From positions 52,514,001 through 52,578,000 of the forward strand of contig OX597828.1 in NCBI GenBank assembly GCA_951406725.2: a stretch of 64,000 nucleotides of DNA, written 5' to 3'. Made by a program: the position numbers and the translations under genes. This DNA comes from Octopus vulgaris. Lineage: Eukaryota. The notes under the pieces are model-generated. The model had not been told where the DNA came from and ran no database searches. It saw nothing but the letters and a program-made list of their open reading frames with translations. Shown here one piece after another: positions 26,592 through 40,484 of this stretch (position 1 is the stretch's first letter; every line of letters starts with the position of its first letter).

Positions 26592-26812
26592 ATCTGTAAA
26601 TGTAATATGTGACAATTATTCGGTAGCCATGATAAAACTCTGAGTTTGGGATGTCGGGGTGGAAATCCACACCCCCATCTCTTCAGTTATCCGGCCATTG
26701 GGAAAATGGATGGATAACTGAAGAGATGGCGGAGTGGGTTTCCACTCCGGTATCCGAAACTCGGAGTTTTATCATGGCTACCGAATAATTGTCACAAATT
26801 ACATTTACAGAT
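26592..26812. repeat. About 100-bp inverted repeat made of two hammerhead-containing arms
   Basis: 26592-26692 versus 26712-26812. Confidence 0.85.
26713..26773 (+). ncRNA. Type-I hammerhead ribozyme
   Basis: GATAA-CTGAAGA-GATGGCGGAGTGG gttt CCACTCCGGTATCC-GAAACT-CGG-AGTT-TTATC; the mirror copy at 26631-26691 (-) has GAAA changed to CAAA. Confidence 0.75.
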
Positions 26813-27001
26813 ATATATATATATATGTGTATATAATATTAGGGAGTGTAACTCCAAACTTACAGGGAAAAATTCAATTTAGTATTAAATCAAATTTCGC
26901 AGTATAAATATATAATATACATAAATTAGAGAAAAACCACTATTATGGAATTCAAACAATAATAGACATAAAACATATCACATTATTTGATAAAACATTT
27001 A

Positions 27002-27078
<77 letters not shown>

Positions 27079-27604
27079 GTATAAATTAAATATCTTGAAT
27101 TCATAAATGTAAAAGTTTACATAGAATCACACTGGAAACGGAAATAAAAAGGGATACACATAACCGCATGCAAACATACACATACACCTATACATAACTT
27201 GGTGTTAACACACACACACGCGTATACATGAATACACACACGTGTACATTAATATATATATATTGTTGTTTATTTTTTATACTTTATTTTTACCGTTATT
27301 GTTTTTACGTTTTGTATTCTTATTGTTGTCACGTATTCTGTATTTTTGTTCGTGTACTTCGTTCGTTTTCCGTCCTCGTGTTGTATACATTCGAAGCGTT
27401 CTTCCAGGGGATCTAATGCACTTGGCTTAGATTTCCCGTGGCGGGCTGCCCATATCGGAGCAATCTCAAGATTAATCAGCCGAAATTGCTAAGATGATCT
27501 GGTTCTTGACTGATGACTGAGGGCTTCGAATGTCCCGTCCTGTGGTTCTTGTGTCGTCTCTGTGGCGTTTCATGTTCTTGTCCATGTCTGTAATTATTTT
27601 TACT

Positions 27605-27658
<54 letters not shown>

Positions 27659-27803
27659 CATTAATATATAACACACACACACGCGTATACATGAATACAC
27701 ACACGTGTACATTAATATAAATGTACACATGCATATATTCATACACGTTGTAACTAGAGACTTGCGTGTATATATGTGTGAGCGTCGCATACACACAAAC
27801 ATG

Positions 27804-27840
<37 letters not shown>

Positions 27841-27854
27841 TATATCTCTTTCTC

Positions 27855-28074
27855 TCTCTTTTACTTGTTTCAGTCATTTGACTGCGGCCATGCTGGAGCA
27901 CCGCCTTTAATCGAGCAAATCGAAGGACTTATTCTTTGTAAGCCTAGTACTTATTCTATCGGTCACTTTTTGCCGAACCGCTAAGTTACGGGGACACCAG
28001 CATCGGTTGTCAAGCGATGTTGGGGGGACAAACACAGACAAACAAACATACACAACACACACACACACACACAC

Positions 28075-28120
<46 letters not shown>

Positions 28121-28287
28121 TATATGATGGGCTTCTTTCAGTTTCCGTCTACCAAATCCACTCACAAGGCATTGGTAAGCCCGGGGCTATAGTAGAGGAC
28201 ACTTGCCCAAGGTGCCACGCAGTGGGACTGAACCCGGAACCGTGTGGTTCGTAAGTACGCTACTTACCACACAGCTACTCCCTCACC
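27855..28287 (-). mobile_element. CORE-type SINE
   Basis: Full-length similarity, internal (CA)(TA). Confidence 0.88.
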
Positions 28288-29059
28288 TATATATATGTAT
28301 ATATTTTATACACATATATACATATACATACACACATATATAAGTATGTATGTGTGCATATATATTCAAGTACGTACATGCATACATGTCGATGTTCAAA
28401 TTTTTTTTCCTTTTAGCGGTGTTGGGTGAAACAGTTATTTTCTGCTCTTGTTGGTATCGTTTCTTTTTTGTTTGTTTCTATTTTTGATATTATTTGTGTT
28501 ATCCTCAAGAACACTCGGGTGCGTTAGGCGGTATTGCTGTTAACTTGTGGCGCCACCACCAGTTTCCAAGTCACGTGCACCTAACAAACCCGCCGCGCAT
28601 CTGTTGTCCGGCAAACTGCCACTTAAACATGCGTCGGTGGCGCTTCAGTTCTCAAATCTAAATACGTGCATACACAAACTCATATCACTTCTGTATGCGT
28701 GTGCTGTGTGTGTATGTGCGCGCGTATATGTGTATCTCTGGGTTATGTGTGTGTATCTGTGTGTGCGCGTTCGTTGGCACGTATGTGTGTATGTGTGTGT
28801 GTTTACGCGCATTTAAGAGCGGTGTCCACTTCTGAAGTTGTTAAAAATTGATTACGCAATACAATGCTTACAGTTGAAGCGTGAAAAATCAATTGATGTA
28901 TGCTAATACAAATGAAGATTTATGCGTATATAGTATACGTACATGCGTGCATATAGATGATAGCCAATGGGTATATGGTATATTTATACGTATAATTTAT
29001 GAAGGTATACATAATTGTCTGCACATATATATATATATGTATGTATATATATGTGTGTA

Positions 29060-29172
<113 letters not shown>

Positions 29173-29600
29173 GGTGAGCTGGCAGAAACGTTAGCACGCC
29201 GGGCGAAATGCTAAGCGGTATTTCGTCTGCCGTTACGTTGTGAGTTCAAATTCCGCCGAGGTCGACTTTGCCTTTCATCCTTTCGGGGTCGATAAATTAA
29301 GTACCAGTTACGCACTGGGGTCGATGTAATCGACTTAATACCTATGTCTGTCCTTGTTTGTCCCCTCTGTGTTTAGCCCCTTGTGGGTAATTAAGAAATA
29401 GGTATTTCGTCTGCCGTTACGTTGTGAGTTCAAATTCCGCAGAGGTCGACTTTGCCTTTCATCCTTTCGGGGTCGATAAATTAAGTACCAGATGCGAACT
29501 GAGGTCGATGTAATCGACGTAATACCTATGACTGTCCTTGTTTGTTCCCTCTATGTTTAGCCCCTTGTAGGTAATAAAGAAATAGGTATTTCGTCTGTCG
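29173..29600 (+). mobile_element. Deu/Nin-type SINE with tandemly repeated 184-bp body
   Basis: GGTATTTCGTCTG at 29217, 29401 and 29585. Confidence 0.85.
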
Positions 29601-29978
29601 CTGGAGGGCATGTCAGTCGAAACGCTGTGTTAACAACAAACAAGATGAGGACAAATATCCGTCGAATGTAAATAATGTAAATAATATACATAATTCCTCA
29701 TCTCTTAAATATAGAATTGTAATATACACTCTTATATAATGAAAAAGTGACCTGTCTAATAATTTGACGCAGTGTGTATATATATATATATATCACGTGA
29801 TCACGTGACCGACCAGACCATCAGATGTTGTTACACATCGCTGGTCACAATGCGTTCGAAATGATTTAGCCTTCGAATGACGCCACCCCGCTGGCTAAGC
29901 GAGCAGGCCAATATATATATATATATATGAAGATCTATGCGTATATAGTATACATATATACGTGCATATAGATGGGTC

Positions 29979-30030
<52 letters not shown>

Positions 30031-30666
30031 GACGGACTTCTTTCAGTTTTCGTCTACCAAATCCACTCAAAAGGCTTTGGTCGATTCGAGGCTATAGTAG
30101 AATCCCACAATTGGGTGATCGAACGGTTAATCAAACAATGAATTAATTCATTCATTAAATAAAAAACTAATTTAATTAATAAAAACAGAACGAGTTTCTT
30201 TCTTATTGGCTTAGTGACTCTCCTGTGATACAACACATTTCAACGCACAATTTCACATGAAGAATATTGAAAGTCAAGTAGAAAATTGTAATTTCCACGT
30301 GAAGAGCGCCAATAAATCTTAGGTTCCCTACGAAGTGCTCTGAAAACTTTTGTATGATTCCCAGTACGCCATTAAGGCAGAAAGATTGGAAACCACTTGT
30401 CCAGAGGCTTAATTGTTCTTCTTATTTTGTTCTTACATATGTTGTCTTTGCTATTGTTGTTGTTGTCACTGCTGTTGTTATAGTTGTTGTCACCCTTCTT
30501 GTTGAAATAAAGAGGAGCTTTTAGGGTCCTCTCATATGTCACCCTCTCATAAACAGTATCGAAGTATTCATGTTTGTGTACTAAAATAAATTATAAATAC
30601 ATCCACTACAGCTTATCTTCACCGCGCAGACACGCTCACACACACACACATACACATACACACACG

Positions 30667-30697
<31 letters not shown>

Positions 30698-30839
30698 TAT
30701 ACACCAACCAATTAACATGTCCACAAATACCAAGAGGCGTTTTGGCTTAAGCACAAGAGCTTTGTTTTGTTGTTAGAGATTGGTTTGAATTCTGTAAAGG
30801 AAAGAACTGAAATAAATTTCATCAACATATATTATTAGT

Positions 30840-31370
30840 CCGTCTGTTGTTGTCGGCAATGATCAAGGACATCGCATGGGAGAAGGCACGGTACAGAGTG
30901 TCCGGCTGTAACTGATCAATCCGATGCATGCACAGAAGGCCCTGCCGCAGCCGGGCATGGCAGAATCGTTAGCTCGCCGGTTGAAATGCTTAGCAGTATT
31001 TCGTCTGCCGCTACATTCTGAGTTCAAATTCCGCCGGGGTCGACTTTGCTTTTCATCCTTTCGGGGTCGATTAGATAAGTACCAGTTACACACTAGGGTC
31101 GATATAATTGACCTAAACCGTTTGTCCTTGTTTGTCCCTTCTGTATTTAGCCCCTTGTGGGTAGTAAAGAAATAGGTATTGAAGGCGAGGACTTGGATCT
31201 GCACTTGCACAGTTAGCAGTTTCTAGTGGCCCTGTCATCCTATTTTGTTCGTAGGAGGTCGCATTTCTGATAGTGCAGCTTTGCCAGATTGCGCTTCCCA
31301 GATGTGAGGTTGAACTCAAAGCTCTTCAGTGAGACTTTAAAAGTATCCTTGAAGAATTTTTTTCCCACCA
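30840..31370 (-). mobile_element. RTE (BovB-like) LINE 3' end, interrupted by a SINE
   Basis: FFKDTFKVSLKSFEF...ATSYEQNR...PGCGRAFCACIGLISYSRTL (degenerate C2H2-like RTE C-terminus). Confidence 0.7.
30958..31180 (+). mobile_element. Deu/Nin-type SINE nested in the RTE fragment
   Basis: TGGCAGAATCGTTAG...GAGTTCAAATTCC...AAGAAATAGGTATT. Confidence 0.85.
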
Positions 31371-32059
31371 CACATGCATATGTACATCCATACCAGGTAC
31401 ATACATACATAGCAAGCATACATACACACACAGATACATAATTACATACATGCATCCATAATTTGAAAAATGTCATTTAATTCTAATAATTAATTTTTTT
31501 ACCATTTTCAAATAACACAAAGAACATTAAGAAATCAGTGGAAATACATGAAGTAGGAACTAAAAAATTGGTCTGAATACGCAAAATTTGAAAAACCTTT
31601 GACTCTAAAACGTACGTGATAGAAGAAGTAACAACCATAGATATATAAAAAAAATATTAAACATATAGACATTCATAAACAAACATAGTAGGCACACATA
31701 CGCTCACACACACTCACACACACAAACACACACACACACACATGCATACACACATTGGCACAAATGCAAACACACGCACACCCATGTACAGCCCCGTTTT
31801 CACGAATATCAACGACATTGCAATCCTAATGTGGCACCTTGTTCGTTTAAAATTCCCTCAGGTCAACGGATGACCAACCCGTACACCGACTTAGGACACG
31901 CGTTCGCTTATAAAAACTGCCGACCTGGAGGGCTAGCCCTAACCACAACAACCTCCTGAATATTGCACATACAATGTTAACAAGAACGCTGTGATGTTTC
32001 TGTTTCCTTTCTTCCGACAAACTCTTACAAAAGAATGCGGGTTGCATGCGCAGACTTCA

Positions 32060-32570
32060 CAGCTACATTCACAGGCGCACATGCGCATGCACACACTAAC
32101 TATGGACACAAGCGCACACGCACGCACACGCACGCACACACACACATAACTACATACAGAGGCTCACACTCACATGCACACACTACACACAAATGCACAC
32201 GCACACACACACACATAAATACATACACAGACGCACACACACACAACTACATGCACAGGCGCACACGTACACGCACACACACACACTCCTACATATACAG
32301 GCGCGCATGCACAAGCACGCACATACACACACATCTACATACACAAGTGCACACGCACATGCACGCACATAACACACACAACTATATACACAGGCGCACA
32401 AGCACACACACAGACACACACACAACTAAATACACAGGCGCACACACAACTACATGCACACGCATGCAGCTACATACACAGGCGCGCACACACACAACTA
32501 CGTACACAGGCGCTCATGCACACCCAAACAAATACACACATACACGCACATGCATGTACAACTACACGTG
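32060..32570. repeat. Degenerate CA-rich minisatellite (ACACAACTACATACACAGGCGC-like units)
   Basis: Recurrent CAGGCGCA/AACTAC motifs spaced by (CA)n. Confidence 0.75.
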
Positions 32571-32669
32571 AAGTTATAGAAATATGTGGGTTGTACAAGT
32601 TAGCTAACGTTTGGTTTAGCACCACCATCCGGTCCTCGGATGCCTTTACCAAAGTCTATTCTCATATAC

Positions 32670-32899
32670 TCTCTTTTTACTCTCCCTTTTACTTGTTTCA
32701 GTTATTTGACTGCGGCCTTACTGGAGCACCGCCTTTAGTCGAGCAAATCGATCCCGCGACTTATTCTTTGTAAACCCAGTACTTATTCTATCGGTCTCTT
32801 TTGCCGAACCGCTAAGTTACGGGGACATAAACACACCAACATCGGTTGTGAAGCAATGCTAGGGGGACAAACACAGACACACAAATATACACACGCACG

Positions 32900-32932
<33 letters not shown>

Positions 32933-33098
32933 ATATATATATACATATATACGACGGGCTTTTTTCAGTTTTTGTCTACCAAATCCACTCGCAAGGCTTT
33001 CGTCGGTCCGAGGCTATAGTAGAAGACACTTGCCCAAGATGCCACGCAGTGGGACTGTGGTTGGTAAGCAAGCTACTTACCACACAGCTACTCCTGCA
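32670..33098 (-). mobile_element. CORE-type SINE
   Basis: Similarity to other copies; short deletion in the head. Confidence 0.88.
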
Positions 33099-33689
33099 CC
33101 CAAAATAATTTCGTCTAGCAATTCCGAAAATTCTGCTCAGGTGAATACACTACGCACCAGTGGCGGCTCGTGTATTTCCATTCAATATAATAATTCTTTC
33201 TTTATATAATACTTTAAATACATTATATAATCCTTAAGTTTAATGTCAGTAACCATTCCCTAGTTAATGAAATAAATCAAAGATCCTTGTATAGAACTGT
33301 GCACGTCACAGTTCCAGCGACGCGCTGTTTGGCTGTTGTGTGCATGCTTATATGTCCGAGATAGGAAGTTTCACGCTAAGGAGAGAGAGGACTGCGTGGA
33401 ACGACAGTGCTGGGTGAAAGATAGTGTTTCTTTTTGAGTCCGCGTGTACTGTGCTTTAAAACTCTTATATATTGTTGAATGTGACAAAGTGTAGAATTAG
33501 ATTATTATCCTGCTTCAAGCTTCCTTCAATGTTGCTGCCAGGATTTTAAAAATAGGGCACATTTGCACCGCTTATTTTGTAAATTTAAGGGGGATTTTTA
33601 AAAAGTAAGGGTGAATTGGCGGCAGTGTTCAGTGAGCAAATTGAACGCATTACCCGGCTGTGGCGAAAACGTGAACCGATCAAGTTTGT

Positions 33690-33875
33690 CTTTTACTTGT
33701 TTCAGTTATTTGTTTCAGTGACTGCGGTCATGCTGAAGCACCGCCTTTAATCGAGCAAATCGACCCCCAGGACTTAGTCTTTGTAAGCCTAGTACTTATT
33801 CTATCGGTTCCTTTTGCCGAACCACTAAGTGACGGGGACGTAAACTCACGACCATTGGTTGTTAAGCGATGTTGG

Positions 33876-33957
<82 letters not shown>

Positions 33958-34123
33958 TAGGACGGGCTTCTTTCAGTTTCCGTCTACCAAATCCACTCAC
34001 ATGACTTTGGTCGGCTCGAGGCTATAGTAGAAGACACTTGCCCAAGGTACCACGCAGTGGGAATGAACCCGGAACCATGTGGTTGGTAAGCATGCTACTT
34101 AACACAGAGCCACTCCGGCACCT
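33690..34123 (-). mobile_element. CORE-type SINE
   Basis: Full-length similarity. Confidence 0.88.
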
Positions 34124-34342
34124 ATGTATAAATTTTTTTTTTTTTTTTTTTGTTTCCTTTTGCACAATATTAAAACAAAGGCTAAAAACTTTCTGAAGCT
34201 GCGCACCGACTAATTTTATCTACGATCCGTCACTGCTGTCCCCGCACACACATACACACACACACACGCACAAGCACACGTGCACACGCGCGTAGCTACG
34301 CCCGCACCAATCCAAACTTCGCTATTATGGATTCGTTTTTGC

Positions 34343-34665
34343 AATCATCATCATCATCCTTATCATCATCATCGTAATCGTCGTTTCGTCGTCCTCGTCG
34401 TCGTCTGTGCAATAGCAATGAAGATGAACGTCAACATCATTGCCTGCAGCAATATCCTTATCGGCGTTATAGTGGATGTCGCCATCATCAACATCATCAT
34501 CATCAAAATCATCAGCAAATTCGTAGTACTTACTATCATCATCGTCGTCATCGTTATCCTCATCATAAACATTATCGTCATCACAATCATCATCATCATC
34601 GTCGTCGTCGTAATCCTCATCATCACATTTCTGCCCCTCTTTCTCCTCCTCTTCCTCCTCCTCCT
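34343..34665. repeat. Degenerate (CAT/CGT/CCT)n array
   Basis: Directly visible. Confidence 0.85.
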
Positions 34666-35183
34666 TGGTTTTTTCTTAAACTAGAAAAAACTTCGACTAA
34701 GATCAAGAAATTAACAGAAGAAATGACAGATGGTGATCTGCAGACCCTTCTGAAGTTCCAAGTGTTATGCATACAAAATTTGCTGCAACTGTCATGGTTT
34801 TAGAGGCTGTCAGCAATGAAGGACATGTGATGCCTCCTTACTTCTTTCCACAAAGCCTTAAAGTTTACTCTGCAGCCTACATAGAGGCCCTGGAAACAAT
34901 TGTTAGGCTCTGGATAGACAGTGTATGCAATGGAAGCTCCATAGCACAAGAATGGGTGGTTGAAATTTTCATTATCATATAACCCCTAACATTTGGCCTC
35001 CTAATTCCCCAGATCCCAATCCATTGGACTATAACATGTGGAGTGTTGTAATGAACACGTCCTTAACACCAAAGATTCTTTGAAAGAGGTCAATGAACAC
35101 GCACAAAACACAAAATATTCTTTGAAAGCTGTCATAATCAGAGTAATGTCCAAAATGAATCAGGACCATTTGATTTGAGCATG

Positions 35184-35596
35184 ACTCTTTTAGACTCTTT
35201 TACTTGTTTCAGTCATTTGACTGCGGCCATGCTGGAGCAACACCTTTAGTCGAGCAAATCGACCCTGGGACTTATTCTTTGTAAGCCCAGTACTTATTCT
35301 ATCGGTCTCTTTTGCCGAACCGCTAAGTTACGGGGACGTAACACACCAGCATCGGTTGTCAAGCAATGCTAGGGGGACAAACACAGACACACAAACACAC
35401 ACACATACATACAAATATATATATACATATATACGACAGGCTTCTTTCAGTTTCCGTCTACCAAATCCACCCACAAGGCATTGGTCGGCCCGGGGCTATA
35501 GCAGAAGACACTTGCCCAAGATGCCACGCAGTGGGACTGAACCCGGAATCAAGTGGTTGGTTAGCAAGCTACTTACCACACAACCACTCCTGCGCC
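35184..35596 (-). mobile_element. CORE-type SINE, young copy, inside the mariner relic
   Basis: Full-length similarity. Confidence 0.9.
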
Positions 35597-35598
35597 TA

Positions 35599-35622
35599 TT
35601 AGGGTTAGGGTTAGGGTTAGGG
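35599..35622 (+). repeat. (TTAGGG)4 interstitial telomeric repeat
   Basis: Four perfect units next to the SINE head. Confidence 0.85.
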
Positions 35623-35840
35623 TTGATGATTTTGATCTCATATAGAAGCAGTTGTTGAAGCTAAAGGTGGCTTTATTGAATAACATAGAAAAATTTTTTT
35701 TTTTTTATTCTCATAGAATTTTTTGATAAATAAAGTTACTATCTGTTATAATATATCTGTTCTTTGTTTTATAAATATAAATCTGTCCTCAAACATCTTA
35801 CGCACCCTGTATATGAGTGAGTATGTGTGTATGTGTGTGT

Positions 35841-35874
<34 letters not shown>

Positions 35875-36042
35875 ACACGTGTATGCATATGCAAATGTCA
35901 AAACAAGAGCACAAGTATGTGCATATGTATCTATATATATGCATTTACGTTTACGACAGGGATTAAGGACAGAGGAAGGCTGGAGGGAGATGAGGGAGAG
36001 GAAGATGAAGGGAAGGAAGAAAGGAGGAACAGAGTAAGAAGT

Positions 36043-36081
<39 letters not shown>

Positions 36082-36188
36082 AGGCATGAGAGTGAAGCAC
36101 AGGGCGAAAGACGCAAGGTGAGTTAACGTATGTACGCCAGCTGGGATTGGAACACAGACGCGTGACCACTTTATCGCTTTGCCGTCCA

Positions 36189-36224
<36 letters not shown>

Positions 36225-36568
36225 GCACATATGCATGGAATCGCCCGCTTAACAAGGTACATAAACAACGTGCATCTTTTATGGAATAGTATTTTTTGGA
36301 AACTACGTATTTTTAATATTCTTGATAGTAATTTTTTATTTCCTTTTTCTTTTAATGCATCTTTTTGCTTGGCGTTATTTTTTGTTTTTTCATTCTCTTT
36401 TCTCGGTTTTGCCCGCTGCATACCAGCATTGGCCTCAGTGAGAAGATAAACGGTCGGCAGCAAACAAACGTGCCGTGTGAATTGAAGGAGACAGCGACTT
36501 CTTATAACTGATGGTTGATCACTTTCTGCTTTACCGCTTTCGTTCCCCCCCACTCATACACACATATA

Positions 36569-37222
<654 letters not shown>

Positions 37223-37233
37223 GGTGGTGGTGG

Positions 37234-37530
37234 TGGCACTCCGTCGGTTACGATGACGAAGGTTCCAGTTGATACGATATTTGATTCCAGTTGATCCTGC
37301 TCGTGAAATTAACGTGCAAGAGGCTGAAACACAGACACGTGTACACTTAACGTAGTTCTCGGAGAGATTCAGAGTCACACAGTGTGTGACAAGGCTGGCC
37401 CTTTGAAACACAGGTACAACAGAAACAGAAAGAAAGTGTGAGAGAAAATTGTGGTCAAAGAGTACAGCAGGGTTCGCCACCACCGCCTGCCGGAGCCTTG
37501 TAGAGCTTTTGGCGTTTTCGCTCTATGAAT
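37234..37530 (-). mobile_element. SINE fragment sharing its mid-section with the 181-478 family but with a different tail
   Basis: Minus strand GGCTCCGGCAGGCGGTGGTGGCGAACCCTGCTGTACTCTTTGACCACAATTTTCTCTCACACTTTC resembles 296-362. Confidence 0.6.
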
Positions 37531-37911
37531 GACAAAATGCAAAAAGAAAATTTACAAATGGTAAGAATGATAAAAATTAAAAATTCATGCTTGTGTATGT
37601 TCAATTTTAACTATAGTTTTTATTCGAATATATTTATTGGTTATTGCTTTCATTATTATATCATTACGAGTATATATTTTAATTTTATCCCTACATATTA
37701 TTAATTTTATATGAATTCTTATAGACATTAGTTACGAGATAATTTAGTTTTTGTAAAATTTTATTTTAATTCTTAATTTTTATTAATCTTATTTGAATTA
37801 AATTATGGCTTGCACAGTAAGGTTCGGCGACTCTATTTGTACATACGTATATTTATCTGTTAAAATTAAAATACAGTATTTGGTGTCGAACTATGATAAA
37901 GTTATTTAGAG

Positions 37912-38003
37912 GCCTGATGATTGGGGTTACATTTTAAGAAGTGTTCCTGTATAACACTGCGTGCTTAAAGAACCGTAAAATAACGTCACGAAACACGTTT
38001 AGC
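37912..38003 (+). ncRNA. Degenerate hammerhead with long stem II
   Basis: GC-CTGATGA-long imperfect hairpin-GAAAC-ACGT-TTA-GC; stems I and III eroded. Confidence 0.4.
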
Positions 38004-38172
38004 AAAGTTTTAATTAAGAGTAGTAAATATTAAATTAAAATTCTTATATATGGTGTGATGATGGGGGCTGCTATCTCTAAATAACATATATATTTCTTCA
38101 TTGAAAATAATTTGAACCCCTGTGATACCGGAATTCCCTAATAAATAATATATATATGTGATTCCCTAATAA

Positions 38173-38225
<53 letters not shown>

Positions 38226-38325
38226 CGGGAAGCTTTATGAAAATAAACAAAAGACGAAGGCAGGTGGAGTACAAACAAACAATTGTATTAGTATGGCGCT
38301 CAGGAATATAAATAAATAAAACAAG

Positions 38326-38363
38326 TCTTTTACGTTTCGAGCCTACGCTCTTCAACAGAAAGA
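38326..38363 (-). ncRNA. 38-nt ultra-minimal hammerhead-like motif (A6U)
   Basis: TCTTT-CTGTTGA-A-GAGC gtag GCTC-GAAA-CG-TA-AAAGA. Confidence 0.55.
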
Positions 38364-39514
38364 TACACAGAAAAGAAACACGGAGAGAAACAAGGAGAGA
38401 AAAAAAATGCGTGCAGAAGCTAGCGATTAAACATGGCGATTCTATGTATATATGTGTGTCATTGTGTCTGTGTTTGTCCCCCATACATGTATATATATAT
38501 ATACATGTATGTATGTATGTCTATATATATATTTATATAAACGTTTGCATATATTTTTTATACACAGTGAACATTGCATGGTCATGGCTGTGAATGAGTT
38601 AATGTATATGTATGTATGAGTAGATGTAAATTTATTTTCATTTTAGTTACCTTATTACATTAAATTAAATAATGTTAAGTTATATCATTCGAAACCTTAA
38701 CCCTATAATGAACCCCGTTTCTAGAGCGGTGGTCTGTGATTATCCACAGAATATGTGCATCATTATGTATACATATACACATACACAAGTACATCATTAT
38801 GTATACACATACATATACACATTATTATGTATATACATATACATATACACATACAGGCGTACATCATTATGTATACATACACTCATACACATGTACATAT
38901 ATATTTTCTTTATGAGCGACAGAAGCGATATTAGTTCAAAATAGTATTCTGTGTGAAGCAGACAATCGCTTCAAGACATACTTGAAGCAGACAATCGCTG
39001 GAAGCTAATAGACTGCAGTATTCGTCTCGAGAAGGCAGGTCTTACACACGCATAGTGTTAAAAAAGTAGAAATATATCAGAAACAGATGAAAATCATGCA
39101 TTATCGGCCACGGTAATTTTGTTAAATATGTATTTCTGAGTCTTTGAGCTTCATCAGTAGAAATTGTCCATGCATAACTGCATGCTAAGGCAAAATTAAA
39201 CGCGACTGATATCTGAGAACAAAGAAAGAACAATCACCGAGGTGACTAATTGCCGGCAGAATTATGTGACAGAAATAGAAGGCTACAGGAATTGCTGTTT
39301 TGAAAGAATGCTATTTCATTCGTAAATAACGAAGGAAAGTGTTTAACCGGATTCATCGAACCTATTACATGATTAGCACTAGGTTTACAGACAAGATGAG
39401 AGGTAAAGTGTACCTCAGACTACGTTCAACTCGGAGCGCAAAAAGCCGGAAGAAATGCTGTAAAGTCTTTTCTCTGACGTGATAATATTTCTGACATTTC
39501 GCCGCCTTTTAGTT

Positions 39515-39740
39515 ACTCTTTTACACGTTTCACTCATTTCAGTGCGGCCATGCTGGAGTAGCGCCTTTAGAATAAGATATCGACCATAGGACTTATTCTT
39601 TGCAAGCCTAGTACTTATCCCATCTGCCTCTATCGCCGAACCGTTATGTTTCTGGGACATAAAACACAGCAACATCGGTCGTCAAGCGATCGTAGTGGTC
39701 GTTGGGGTAGGGCACAAACACAGACACAATGACACACACA
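39515..39740 (-). mobile_element. CORE-type SINE 3' half
   Basis: Tail similarity. Confidence 0.7.
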
Positions 39741-39854
39741 CACACATAAATATATACGTACACATATGTGTATATATACATCAATATATATATAGATAGA
39801 TAGATACATACATATTTATTGCATATATACATATATATATACGCACATATATAT

Positions 39855-39959
<105 letters not shown>

Positions 39960-40401
39960 CATATATATATATATAAATACATATATATACACATATATAT
40001 ATAAATATATATATACACACACATACACACACACACACACATATATATATACTCGTATGTATTGTATACGCAAGCATACACACATATATGTATGAAATAG
40101 TTCTAAAATATTGTAGAAAATATATTTTAATAAATATCTCATAGCTTTTCATTTTCAGCAAATAATTTCAGAATTTCTCTTTTTTTATATTTTTATATTT
40201 TTTTCTGCTTTTTCCTACTTTCATAATCGAATCCACCCCCATCCCTTCATCTGTAACAAAAGAGACAACAAAACGTCAACGCGTCCCCAGCTCCCACACT
40301 TCCTTCCCCTCCCTCCACTCTCCCTGCCATTGCTACTCAGAACCATTAAAATTAATTAGAAATTAATTGTAGCACGTTGAAAAGGAGAAAAACCCACACC
40401 A

Positions 40402-40410
40402 GCAGTAGTC

Positions 40411-40484
<74 letters not shown>
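40402..40484. repeat. (GTA)n
   Basis: Directly visible. Confidence 0.95.

Larger units (their letters stand above)
34730..35811 (+). mobile_element. Decayed Tc1/mariner (DD37D/maT-like) transposon 3' part, interrupted by a SINE
   Basis: HTKFAATVMV..EGHVMPPYFFPQ..YIEALETIV; WPPNSPDPNPLDY; IEAVVEAKGGFIE*; terminus CACCCTG-TA at 35803-35811. Confidence 0.8.

Noticed and set aside
35356-35658. Recurrent ORFs such as RQASFSFRLPNPLTRHWSARGYSRRHLPK
   Set aside because: Antisense translations of the CORE SINE
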